Below, in pieces: positions 13,132 through 22,854 of a DNA stretch of 64,000 nucleotides. Location: assembly GCA_000091205.1 (NCBI GenBank), contig AP006488.2. One strand, 5' to 3'. The DNA is from Cyanidioschyzon merolae. Its lineage: Eukaryota. Below the pieces are notes generated by a model that worked only from the letters and a program-made list of their open reading frames with translations, did not search any database and had not been told where the DNA came from. Position 1 is the first letter of the stretch. Every line of letters begins with the position of its first letter. The translations under genes were made by a program, and so were the position numbers.

Positions 13132-13753
13132 GATTTGAATTCAAGGACGCCTACAATAGGAAACCAATAGAAAACGAAGCAGACACACAACAGACTCTTG
13201 GTCAAGTAAGTATGCAGCACCGTTGTACACGCTGCGGACCAGGTGCTTCAAAAGTTTGTCGCCTAAGCTGTCAGCTGCTCCCCGCGAGGCACGCAAGGTG
13301 TAGAGCGCACAGGCGGCGTGCTCGCGCATCGATCCGAAGCGGCGGCGGGTATCGGGCCAGTACGCCGCCAGCGCAACCGCCGGATCGCCAGCGCTGGCGA
13401 TCCGGCGACGCGTTCCAGGCGCGTCCGCTGCAGCAAATGGCGCCTCATCAAACGCTCGGTCTGATACGAGGGTGGTGTCGGTAGCTGGTCGACCACACCT
13501 ACGATACGATCCGAAGACAGGGGCGTTTATGGAGTGCTCGCTTGATCGAACGCTGGTGCTTTGAATGCGAGGCGCACGTGCTCCATGGAGCAACAGGATT
13601 CGTGGCAAGCGCAGGCATCGCCCGCAACGACCAGGTAAAAACTGCAATAGAGATGGAAGCAGCGGTTGCGGGCACGCGTACGCCGGACACGCACATAAAC
13701 GTATGATGAGGCATGCATGGAGGCTACAATGCGCGATCCACGCCAGCAACGGG

Positions 13754-13872
13754 GGCATCAGATCGCGATCCGGTGATGCGTGCACTGCACGGCCCCGGAC
13801 GGCATGCACATGCACGACCATTCGACACATGACGACAACCGGCATCAGATCGCGATCCGGTGATGCGTGCAC
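13754..13872. repeat. Two direct copies, 87 bp apart, of a 32-bp motif ggcatcagatcgcgatccggtgatgcgtgcac containing the palindrome gatcgcgatc. They lie in the intergenic region upstream of GCSH.
   Basis: Read directly at 13754-13785 and 13841-13872. Confidence 0.7.
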
Positions 13873-14051
13873 AGCATCATTGCACTGTGCGCCTTGCGAC
13901 GATTTACGTCGTAACAGCGGCAACGTCCGGCACGATCCATCGCATCGTGCACGGCAAGCGATGACGTCTTGCGAAACAAATCAACACCCAACGTTGTCGG
14001 TATCGCTCGGTACTGCCGAAACATGCTCGGTTGTCAGATCCTCAATCGCGT

Positions 14052-16373
14052 TCAAGTGATACGGCCAAAGGCCGTCGCCGTGATGAACAGTCCGTCGCTC
14101 CAGTCCTCGCGAATCTTGCACAAGGGCCCATGACTCGTGCGCGTGCAGCGTTGCTCTTCACCAGACGCGTGTCCACGACTCATCACATAGGCCGATATAT
14201 CTGATCCGCAAGCAACTGCCGTCAGCATGTAGCCCTCGTCCCAGCGGTGATGAATGCTCTCACTGGGATACCCAAATTCGAGTTCGACCACCTGCTCCTT
14301 GAACGCTGTGCCTCGGCTCATGACGACGAGCCACTGCTCGGCAGAGGGCGGCCCCTGGACACAGAGGCTGGTGATGGCATAGCCGTTCGTCCACTTGTCG
14401 GCACACCACTTGGCCGGGAAGGTCGAGCTCACGATATAGCTCTGTTGCTTGTAGCGTTTGTTGCGATTCATGGTCGATGCGACAATCCCCCAACTTGTGT
14501 GATTCGCTGAGCAAGCAGTGATGTAGAAGCCCTCGTCCCATTTGCTGCGAATCCAATCTCGAGGCACTTCATTGCCGGGGCAATAGTGCATGGCTTGCTC
14601 CACCAGCACGGGATCTCTGGCGTTGAGGACGCTGGTCCACATCCCGCCGTCGAAGCACAACACGCTGATGCGCATGCCCTGAGCCCATTTGCGCTCCACC
14701 TCGCGCACCAGATTCTTGTACGAGGTATGACTCGTGTACACCTGGCTCGCTGGGGCACATGACGAGGCGTTGTTCGCTGAGGTGCTTATGATTACCCACT
14801 GATGTGTTTTCGTCGTTCGTGGTGCAATAATTTCAAAGCGTCCTCGTCGCATGCCCACGTCCTGGAGCGCCAAGGATAGCGCATGTTCAGCGAGCGCGCC
14901 ACCACGAATGCCCACGTCCGGCTCTGTGGAGCTCGCTCGCGAGACCGCTTGCGCCGTGTTCTGCAGCTCGGCCGCCGCACCCGGCGTTCGCGCTCGCTTT
15001 GGTGCCTGGGCAGATGCTTGCCCTGACATACCATTCCGCCGCTTACCACCGACCGTGCCCGGCACTGACGACTCCACAAGAAGAACTTCTGCTGCTCCTG
15101 CGCTGTTCTGCGAGACATCGCTGGCCAAGTTGATGATATTCGCACTCGGTGCGGCACTATCGACATCAACAGTCTCGGCGGCAGGGGTACGTGCCTGATA
15201 CGGGGGGACAAGCGGCACTCCCTCGGCCATGAGGCGCATTTGCTGATGAATCCAAACGATTCCCTGCTTGCAATCCAAAATCCGTGCCATGTACTCGTAG
15301 TCTGGCTGTTCAGCGAATTTCAGCTGCCGCACGTAGGCCAAAAAGTAGCGCAACTCATCCGGCACTGCTCGACAGATGTCATTAACTAGCATGCGTCCCT
15401 TGCTTTCGCAGACTTGCATATTCTTGTCGTCGCCGACAAAACCTTGCCACGGGAGCTGCCCTTTCAACAGATAAATCAGCATGTAAGCGAGTGATTCCAG
15501 ATCGTCTCTCCGAGACAGGTGGCGGCCGAGGTGCGCGTTCACCGACGCGTACCGCACCGTGCCGCTAAAGTGATCAATACGTTGACCGTATGGGACGTGC
15601 TTGCCCGTGGCGTCATCCTCGCGCCAACGGGTGGCGAGGCCCATGTCAATAATATAGAGAGGCACGTTGACGTCGATTTTCGCCGGCGTCACGCGAGCGT
15701 ACTTTGGGTCACTCACGGATGTCGTTCCATTGGCGCCCGTCCCGGAGGCATCGCGTGCGTCTATATTCACCTCTAGTAGCGCCAAGGGGTCCACGCACGA
15801 CCCCCCCGTATTCTGGCGACTTGACGTCTGGTTTTTCGGTTCGCGGTATTCGAGGAGGAAATTCTCGGGCTTCACATCCCCGTGAACATAACCGATGTCG
15901 TGGACTCGCTTGATCAACGCCAAACACTTGAGCGCGATCTGAGACACTTGTGGCCAGGTAAATCGTCGCGAAACTCGAGATTCAAGGGCCTTCTGGAGCG
16001 TAGGTCCCAACAGCTGCATAACACAGACAAAATATCGCCCGACATGTCCAGTGTAGTAGACAGTGGGAGCGCCGAGTCCCTGCATCCGCATCAGAACCTC
16101 CCACTCGCGATACGCAATCGTTCGGGAGCGATACTCCAGTTTCACCGCTACTGGCTCGCCTGTAAGCGCGTTGCGGCCCTTGTAAACGTCGCCAAAGTGG
16201 CCAGAGCCAAGAAAAACGTCCTTTTCCACGATGAAACCTTTGCCGCCAGTGCAAGGGCACGACTGCCCCACCACCGTTGGAACTGGATCCTTCGGCTCCG
16301 ACGCACTCGCTGCGGGTGTCGCACCGACCGCTGGCTCGACAGCGGCTGTGCGCCCTCCCACTGGGCCCCGCAT
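14052..16373 (-). CDS. Casein kinase I (CK1)-family Ser/Thr kinase with an approximately 250-aa C-terminal extension of five tandem approximately 49-aa W-x2-G-[FY]-x-[IL]-T repeats
   Basis: ATG start. CK1 hallmarks are present: LGSGHFGDVYKG, VAVKLE, GTVRYASVNAHLGRHLSRRDDLESLAYMLIYLLKGQLPWQG. The catalytic loop reads HGDVKPENFLL (HGD rather than HRD) and the activation motif is DMG rather than DFG. The C-terminus carries the repeats WAQGMRISVLCFDGGMW, WDEGFYITACSANHTSW, WTNGYAITSLCVQG, WDEGYMLTAVACGSD and WSDGLFITATAFG. Confidence 0.8.
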   Translation of the reverse strand: MRGPVGGRTAAVEPAVGATPAASASEPKDPVPTVVGQSCPCTGGKGFIVEKDVFLGSGHFGDVYKGRNALTGEPVAVKLEYRSRTIAYREWEVLMRMQGLGAPTVYYTGHVGRYFVCVMQLLGPTLQKALESRVSRRFTWPQVSQIALKCLALIKRVHDIGYVHGDVKPENFLLEYREPKNQTSSRQNTGGSCVDPLALLEVNIDARDASGTGANGTTSVSDPKYARVTPAKIDVNVPLYIIDMGLATRWREDDATGKHVPYGQRIDHFSGTVRYASVNAHLGRHLSRRDDLESLAYMLIYLLKGQLPWQGFVGDDKNMQVCESKGRMLVNDICRAVPDELRYFLAYVRQLKFAEQPDYEYMARILDCKQGIVWIHQQMRLMAEGVPLVPPYQARTPAAETVDVDSAAPSANIINLASDVSQNSAGAAEVLLVESSVPGTVGGKRRNGMSGQASAQAPKRARTPGAAAELQNTAQAVSRASSTEPDVGIRGGALAEHALSLALQDVGMRRGRFEIIAPRTTKTHQWVIISTSANNASSCAPASQVYTSHTSYKNLVREVERKWAQGMRISVLCFDGGMWTSVLNARDPVLVEQAMHYCPGNEVPRDWIRSKWDEGFYITACSANHTSWGIVASTMNRNKRYKQQSYIVSSTFPAKWCADKWTNGYAITSLCVQGPPSAEQWLVVMSRGTAFKEQVVELEFGYPSESIHHRWDEGYMLTAVACGSDISAYVMSRGHASGEEQRCTRTSHGPLCKIREDWSDGLFITATAFGRIT

Positions 16374-18088
16374 GGTGCCCGCTCACCCCTGGTACACAGC
16401 CACAGACACGCTTGCTTCAGCAGCTTCAAAAACCTCCTGGTATCCAAACACGCTCCGCTTCAACCCGACTCACGGCTTCTCTGAGCAAAATCTGTCGAGC
16501 GAACAATAGACAACTCAACCAAAACCACCACAGAGTCGCAGCCCAGAGTCTTTTGTAGACGTGACAAGTCGTCCGTGCGAACTGGCGCTGCCACTACCGC
16601 TGCGTCGCGCGAGGGTTTCCACTACAACCGACTCGTGCAACCTCGAAACAGCCTAAAAACGGAAACTGACCTCTATCGTTGGATACTGAGTATTCCTGCT
16701 TTCACGTCAAGTACTATAGCACCAAACAGGAACCTACTCGAAACGTGTATACCCGCTCATATGGTCCATGCGTTCAGGGTAGTCACGCGCTGAGCGTCTA
16801 TCGAACGCGCGCTGTCTCGAGGCGCTGTTCATACATCCCCGCGTGACGCGACCCTGCGGGCGCTGATGCGCAAGCGCGCGCTGCAATGGACATCGCTGCA
16901 TCAAGATCGATGGTGCAATCCTGATTCGATTGCGATGACAAAACGTTTCCATGGAGCAGGGATCCCTGGTTTCGGGAAGGATGGGTGGTGGCGTTCGGGA
17001 AAGCGTCCATCATGATGTTACCTCCAGGTTCCTTTTGGATATACTGGCCGTTTCGTATGGTCTATCGTTTGCCGAGTACTTGATGTGAGCGCTCGCCTCG
17101 GGGCTTGTATCGCTGGAGCAGATATATCATGGGGATAGAACGGCTTTGGCACGCCATTGAGGGCGTCGGATCGAGGAACGCTTCACCTGATACGTAGTCG
17201 GAGTATATGATCAATCTGCGAGCCTGCAAGCTGCGCTGGCAGACGGACTGCCTGCGGCAGTTTGACGCGATATACTAGGAGTCCACTGCGACCAGATCGA
17301 CGCCCAGATGGAGCCTAACTGCCCCTGATCCCAGAATGAATTGCGTTTTGCGGACGCATTGTTCAGGTCTCGCCACAGCACCTGCCACTGGAGGAAGCAT
17401 GAAGCACGAGCTTGGTAGATTCGTCCGTCTCGCGGGACCTTACGCCTAGAAGGTAAACTTTCGAAGATACGGAAACCTTTCCCCTTTGTAACGTTTATCG
17501 TAGATGGGGATAGAAATACATAAATATTTGCAGGTGAATCGTGAGTCTATGTTCCTTATTCTAAATAACGCGCTCGGTACGCGCATCCCAAATTTGGTAG
17601 TACGAAATACGACGCGAATGTCGCTGTTGAAGGGAAACGCGATCGAGACAACACGTTTTCTTTTTTGGGAGCATTCGATCTCGTACTCGCAGCGTGCACT
17701 GTTGGTGAGGGTCTTGTCCCATGGATGACAACGGCATTGCACGGCTAGATCTAGTGTGTTGTTCTACTGTAAAAGTCGGATTTCCTTTGAGGCCATAGCA
17801 AAGTCTAGTTTCCCAGTTCAATTGTGTTTCAAACCTCAAGTAAGAATATTCCATTGAATTTTCGCAGCATATAACAAATGCGTTCGAAGAGGGCTCTTTT
17901 TCAAAAGAAACTAAGAAAAAGGAAAGTTGTGAAAAAGCAACTGGACGATCCTTGAAGTCCAGGATCCTCGGCTGCCAGAAAAAAAAACGAAAAACAGTGC
18001 CGAGTCCAGAAGAAAAGGAAGAGAAGAGGACCGAAAGGGGGAGGCCCTGCGTCGAAGACGGCCAGAAAGACGACTGTACGACGAGACG

Positions 18089-20020
18089 GTGGTGAAAGCC
18101 TTTCTTCTTGGACATATCAAGGGGTCGTACAAGGAAAGGTTGCGAGACGCTATCGAAAAACGTGTCGATTCGTACACCAAGAGCACCATAAAGACGTCGT
18201 CAGGACTGATGCATTTGGTGAGAGAGATGTATCGCGACGTGACGCACATGGAAACGGTCGAGATTCCAGACGAGTTGTTCGACCAGACCTTTATTCGGCA
18301 CCTGATGCTTGGCACAGGGAAACGCGGAGGGGAAATGAGTTCGTGCATGCTCTCCACGGAAAACATCCCTTTTATAGCTTCGAGGGTACTCGATACAAGG
18401 CTGACCAGGATATTTACACATACGGGGCAATGAAGTACCTCACGAATCTGAAGAACCATTTGACAATGAACCTCGAACGTTTCATGATACGCTCCGTGTT
18501 TGCACTCTACCCGGGTCTGTCTCGCAATGGAAAATGGGCGATTATCAATGGCATCACGAAAGATCGTAAGCATGAAGATGAGACGGAGATCGTTGACAAG
18601 AAGTCGTCAAACGAGAGCACGAATGAAGCTTCTGTAATCCGTGCGCCTAGTAAAGAGTACCGCGCAGACCTGGGGCTGGCGAATCCAGCAGAAAAGATGT
18701 CAGAGTTGAAAAAACATATGGAAAAATACAATCGCCTCATCCTGCGGTATTTCTTGTTTCTGGACCGAGAGCTCGAATGCAAGGCAGATGTGAAGCTAAG
18801 TGAGGAAAACAATGAAGAGTCGGAGAGACGGACGGCTTTCCTAATGGGGAAGCGCGTCAACGTGGTTCCAATGTGCAACATCAAGTCACATTTTGTGACT
18901 ACCGACTCCAGAGTCCTTCATGGCATCATCAGGAAGATCAGTCTTGAGTTCAATGTTAGCAGGGAGGAGTTCACCGGCGAGAACCGGGAGCCGTACTGGA
19001 AGAATATCTTCGATTTCAAACGTCTCAAAGTGAGCAAGCAAAAGGTATTCACTTGGATGATCGAAACCGATGGAGTAGCCATGGACGTACACTATCGGCG
19101 CTTGAAGGCAGATCGTCCAGTTCCGCCCTCTGCTGCGCCCTCGACGAGCCATGCAGAAAAGAAGGAGGCGGATCCTGCGATGCAGGAGGTGCAGGATAAC
19201 GACTTTGTCGTGGGTGCGGACCCTGGGAATACGAATATCATAACCATCGCAGCACCCAAGCCTGGGGAAGATGATACTGACGGTGACTTACGTCAGAGAG
19301 ACAAGCGTCTTTTGAGGTTCTCGACAGCGAGATACTATCGAGAATCCGGTATAATGAATGCAAGGAAGAAAATTGATACGTGGAATGCAGGAATGAAGGA
19401 TCACCTGGAAGCTTTGAGTGAGGTGACGAGCCGAGGAGCGGGCTTACAAGCTTTTCGGAAACTCATGGAAATACGCGTTGCTCATTGGGAGGCGCTGTGG
19501 GAGGAGTATACAAATCCCCGGTGGGCTCGTCTGCGAATGAATCTATATTGTGGGAAGCAGCGGGCGTTCGCGGACTTTTTCAATCAGTTGAGTGCCCTCA
19601 AAGAGGATGAAACTCAGAGGCTGGAAGTAGCTTATGGGGCAGGGCGCTGGAAGAACCGAAAAAAGGGACTACGCCAGCTCCAACGACAACAACGTACAAA
19701 GAGTGTGCACGGCGTTTCGCTACGATACCTGTAGATGAGTTTCGAACGTCCTACACACACCATGAACTGGGGTGTACACTTCAAAGGGTCGAGATGGAAA
19801 AGTGCCAGCGGAGCGCTGAAGACTTAAAAAGCACGGACCACTGACAGAAGAGCATATGGAATAGAGGGCAAAAGTTCGTGGACTACTCGCATTCGTAAGT
19901 ACAACCATTTGCAAAAAACGTATGGAATTTCTGAACCGGGACTTGAACGCCGCGATCAATATCAGGAGACGTGCGGTGATAGAACAGAGACCTCCACAGT
20001 CGACAAGAGCGAAAAGCGTT
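18089..20020 (+). pseudogene. Fanzor/TnpB-like RuvC nuclease gene split over at least 4 frame segments (18089-18433, 18343-19734, about 19710-19841, 19922 onward). It is either frameshifted/degenerate or interrupted by short introns.
   Basis: The RuvC-I-like [17 protein letters not shown] lies at 19201-19251. The zinc-finger-position motif VDEFRTSYTHHELGCTLQRVEMEKCQ lies in a different frame at about 19731-19810, and the CxxC pairs are mostly lost. The RuvC-III NRDLNAAINIRRR lies at 19934-19972, in a third frame. The segment starts are GTG, GTG and ATG. Confidence 0.6.
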
Positions 20021-20082
20021 GGCTGGCGTGATCATTTCGTTCATGAGAAAAATCAACGGCGCGCTCGAGCGACTCTCCAGCC

Positions 20083-20134
20083 ACGCCCGAGATATTCTCG
20101 GTCCGTCGTTACGCCCGAGATATTCTCGGTCCGT
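20083..20134 (+). repeat. Tandem duplication (period 28) of acgcccgagatattctcggtccgt. Each unit forms a perfect hairpin ccgaga-tat-tctcgg (20087-20101 and 20115-20129).
   Basis: Read directly. It lies about 150-210 bp downstream of the RuvC-III motif at the presumed right end of the Fanzor-like element. Confidence 0.75.
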
Positions 20135-20150
20135 AGCTCCGCCAACTCAA

Positions 20151-20167
20151 ACGAACGAACGAACGAA
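20151..20167. repeat. (ACGA)4 microsatellite immediately after the hairpin pair
   Basis: acgaacgaacgaacgaa read directly. Confidence 0.9.
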
Positions 20168-20189
20168 AGCTCTTCTATCGGGTGCGAAA

Positions 20190-22154
20190 ATGCGCTCCGA
20201 CTCAGTGCGTCTTGTCAGTACAACTTTTCCGAGTCTAGTAGATATTCACAGGAATATTCATGACGCAGTTACAGTGCAAGCTGAGCTCTTGAGAGCTGCT
20301 TCGCCACGCGCAACTCCAGTGATGGCTGGTGCGCGCTCCCCAATCGCTAAAGCCTCACCGCGTCCTCGCACGGTCGTGTACTTTGGCACGTACACGCGTG
20401 TGCTACACCACAGTCGTGGGACCGGAAAAGGTGTGTTCGGGTTTTGGTTGGACAACGACACAGGCTACCTGGCTCCTCTTAAAACTGATTCCCCGGAGGA
20501 GGCTGACGAGTCTGGACTCGTCGTCCGTGCTGACGGGCTACTGTGTCCAGCGTATTTCTGTCGCGATCGTGGCCCTTCAGGCGAGTACCTCTGGGCAGTC
20601 AATGAAACGTCCAAGTTCGACTATGCTCGCCCGGATATTTTCGGGTCGGTGACCCTGTTCCGCTGGCTGCGGCGCGAGGGCGGCCTGCTAGAGCGGCTCG
20701 GAGAGTTTGCGACCGCGGGACACGGCGCTTGCCATCCGTGGACGGATCACCTTGGACGGTTTCTTCTTATAGCAAACTACTGGAGTGGATCTGTTGTGGT
20801 CTTCCATATCGAGCGTGAGGCAGTGGAGCGTGAGCATACGACGAGTCCACGTCTGCACCTGGTGCAGCATGTGCAGTTTATATCCCCAGTCGATGCAGTC
20901 GACGAGGAAACGAAACCGTGCGCAGCGTCGCTCCTAGGTCTCACTGAAGCGATGCAACAGGCACAGAAAGCAAAATCAAGTCTCTTGGGTTTCCGCCGCG
21001 ATCGGCAGGATGGACCACACTCACACCAGATCGTGGTTGACCCCACCGAGCGCTTCCTCTATGTCCCAGATCTAGGAACGGACCGCATCTATCAATTTAT
21101 CCTCCGGTTTGATGAGGTAGCTTCCGAGCTGGCACACGGAAAAGACCAAGAGTCTCTGCGGTGCGTACCGCACGCTGCGTTATCGGGAAGCGATGCGCAG
21201 TTGTGTACAGAGGCACAGGATGCTGTCGCTGCGCATGTACGGGGCACATCGCCTGGTCCTGATGAGCAGAACGGTCGCCCCATTCAAGCGCAGCAGCAGC
21301 GTTTCATCACTCCGGCTGGTGTGGTGTCTGACTACCCGTTCCAAGCGCCCCAGGGTGGCGTACTGTACCAGACCGAGTTCGCACGAGCCACCGGGACGGC
21401 GTGCTGTCTCCTGCCGCATCCCTCTGCGGCGTTCGTTTCCGTGCCGCCGAGCGGTGCGGGACCTCGCCACATGTTGTTGCATCCATCTGGCCGTTGGGCG
21501 CTCGTTCTCTGTGAACTGAACGCGACCCTGCTGTGCTACGCCTGGGACGGACCAACGCCAGTGGAGACGGTGCTTGGGCATCAGACTGCCAGCGGGCTGC
21601 TGTCGAGCACGCCTGCGTCCATGTTGGACTTGCTCCCGGCCCACTATCGTCAGAGGTACTCGCCGGAAATACTGCACCAGTACAACATCTCGTCGGCGTT
21701 GCGTCTGCATCCATTGAGAACGGATCGGCTCTATGCGAGCAACCGTGGACACGACTCAGTTGCGGTTATCGAGTTCTCCGAACAGAATGGCTGTATGCGG
21801 ATTCTGCAGTGGGTTCCGTCTGGTGGACGCACCCCACGTGATATCGCCCTGGATCCCCGCGCAGAGTTCCTCTACGTGGCTAACCAAGATTCAGATCGAG
21901 TAGCGGTGTTCAAGCTGGATCCCGATACTGGCTTGGTTTTGTCGACTGGCCACCATGCGCCATGTCATGAACAAGCTGCAGATGCTGGTCAGAGTGCCGA
22001 CTTGGGCGCTGCACCAAATCCCGAACAAGATGGCATGTCCGCGGACTCAATGGATGATCTAACGCTTGCGGGCTGCGAACAACGGTGCACACCTTACCAA
22101 ACGCTCTCGATCCGCGAGCCTTGCACGGTATTCGTCGAGGAGGTACCCCTCTAG
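20190..22154 (+). CDS. Lactonase, 7-bladed beta-propeller family (6-phosphogluconolactonase / carboxy-cis,cis-muconate cyclase-like). The track start at 20019 is TTG. In-frame ATGs are at 20043, 20190 and 20322; 20322 is an equally plausible start.
   Basis: Conserved SGAGPRHMLLHPSGRWALVLCELNATLLCYAWD (the GxGPRH motif), HQIVVDPTERFLYVPDLGTDRIY and NRGHDSVAVIEF blocks typical of PF10282-type lactonases. Long low-complexity inserts are present. Confidence 0.7.
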   Translation: MRSDSVRLVSTTFPSLVDIHRNIHDAVTVQAELLRAASPRATPVMAGARSPIAKASPRPRTVVYFGTYTRVLHHSRGTGKGVFGFWLDNDTGYLAPLKTDSPEEADESGLVVRADGLLCPAYFCRDRGPSGEYLWAVNETSKFDYARPDIFGSVTLFRWLRREGGLLERLGEFATAGHGACHPWTDHLGRFLLIANYWSGSVVVFHIEREAVEREHTTSPRLHLVQHVQFISPVDAVDEETKPCAASLLGLTEAMQQAQKAKSSLLGFRRDRQDGPHSHQIVVDPTERFLYVPDLGTDRIYQFILRFDEVASELAHGKDQESLRCVPHAALSGSDAQLCTEAQDAVAAHVRGTSPGPDEQNGRPIQAQQQRFITPAGVVSDYPFQAPQGGVLYQTEFARATGTACCLLPHPSAAFVSVPPSGAGPRHMLLHPSGRWALVLCELNATLLCYAWDGPTPVETVLGHQTASGLLSSTPASMLDLLPAHYRQRYSPEILHQYNISSALRLHPLRTDRLYASNRGHDSVAVIEFSEQNGCMRILQWVPSGGRTPRDIALDPRAEFLYVANQDSDRVAVFKLDPDTGLVLSTGHHAPCHEQAADAGQSADLGAAPNPEQDGMSADSMDDLTLAGCEQRCTPYQTLSIREPCTVFVEEVPL

Positions 22155-22406
22155 AGCCGAGTATTTGCGCTTGGGCCAATGCAAACCTAGTCGTCAGCGT
22201 TCGGGCAGGCCCAGCGCTTGGGGAACAAGTTGAGACGCAACTCGTTGTTGTTCCCAACCAAAGTCACAGTGTCGATCACGACACTGGCAATACGATTATT
22301 CAAGTACTAGTAAGCAGGCAGACGCGCTATTCGTTTTCCATGTGACGGTGGCAGAAAACACGCATATATTTCAATCAAATACGAGAAAATCACAATGAAT
22401 ATGATC

Positions 22407-22427
22407 ATGAAGAAGAAGAAGAAGAAG
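22407..22427. repeat. (GAA)7 microsatellite
   Basis: gaagaagaagaagaagaagaa read directly. Confidence 0.9.
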
Positions 22428-22854
22428 AATCCACTTAAAGAAGTTTATCGTGCGAAATCGCTCTTCGACGCAGATTCTGTGCATCACAGCGCTTTCCCAG
22501 TGCATCTGTCTTGGATCATGTCTAGACGCAGACACGTAGCGGAGCGTTGCAACACGCGATGCTGTTCGCTGTTGAGACATTCCCCCGAATCCTCGGTTCA
22601 ACGTCATCGGCTACGGGGGAAGTACAGACGCGCATACGACCCGCGTTGCTCGCACGCTGAAACCAACAGCGAGAACGTGCGCTCAGCGCATGATTGTACG
22701 ACAGCTGCGGTGTACGCTGCGTCAATCCTTGAACGCATCCAGCTCGTGAACATTGCATGAACGCAGGTAACCAAGCTGTCGAAGCAGGTACGTGCGGCGT
22801 TACCGAGGGCAAGGCTTCACGAGCGCGACGCTGATATCGCGTACCAGAGCTCGG

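Larger units (their letters stand above)
17440..20170 (+). mobile_element. TnpB/Fanzor-like (OrfB_Zn_ribbon superfamily) element, longest copy in the window. Boundaries are approximate: the left edge is set at the GC-content drop, the right edge at the tandem hairpins and (ACGA)n.
   Basis: The AT-richer, low-complexity 17.44-18.1 kb leader is followed by a disrupted RuvC-nuclease gene. The 3' side ends about 215-250 bp after the RuvC-III motif, which is the same distance at which the three short family copies end. No TIRs or associated transposase were recognised. Confidence 0.45.

Noticed and set aside
13141-13923. 260-aa ORF between GCSH and the CK1 gene
   Set aside because: Arg/His/Cys-rich low-complexity translation of a GC-rich intergenic region containing a local direct repeat. 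It lies antisense-overlapping nothing conserved and has no family signature.
17561-18573. Minus-strand ORFs of 184 and 220 aa at the 5' side of the Fanzor-like element as a candidate associated transposase
   Set aside because: Translations are Ser/Phe/Leu-rich low complexity from an A/T-rich tract (reverse of poly-A/GAA runs). There is no DDE, HUH, serine-recombinase or other catalytic motif.
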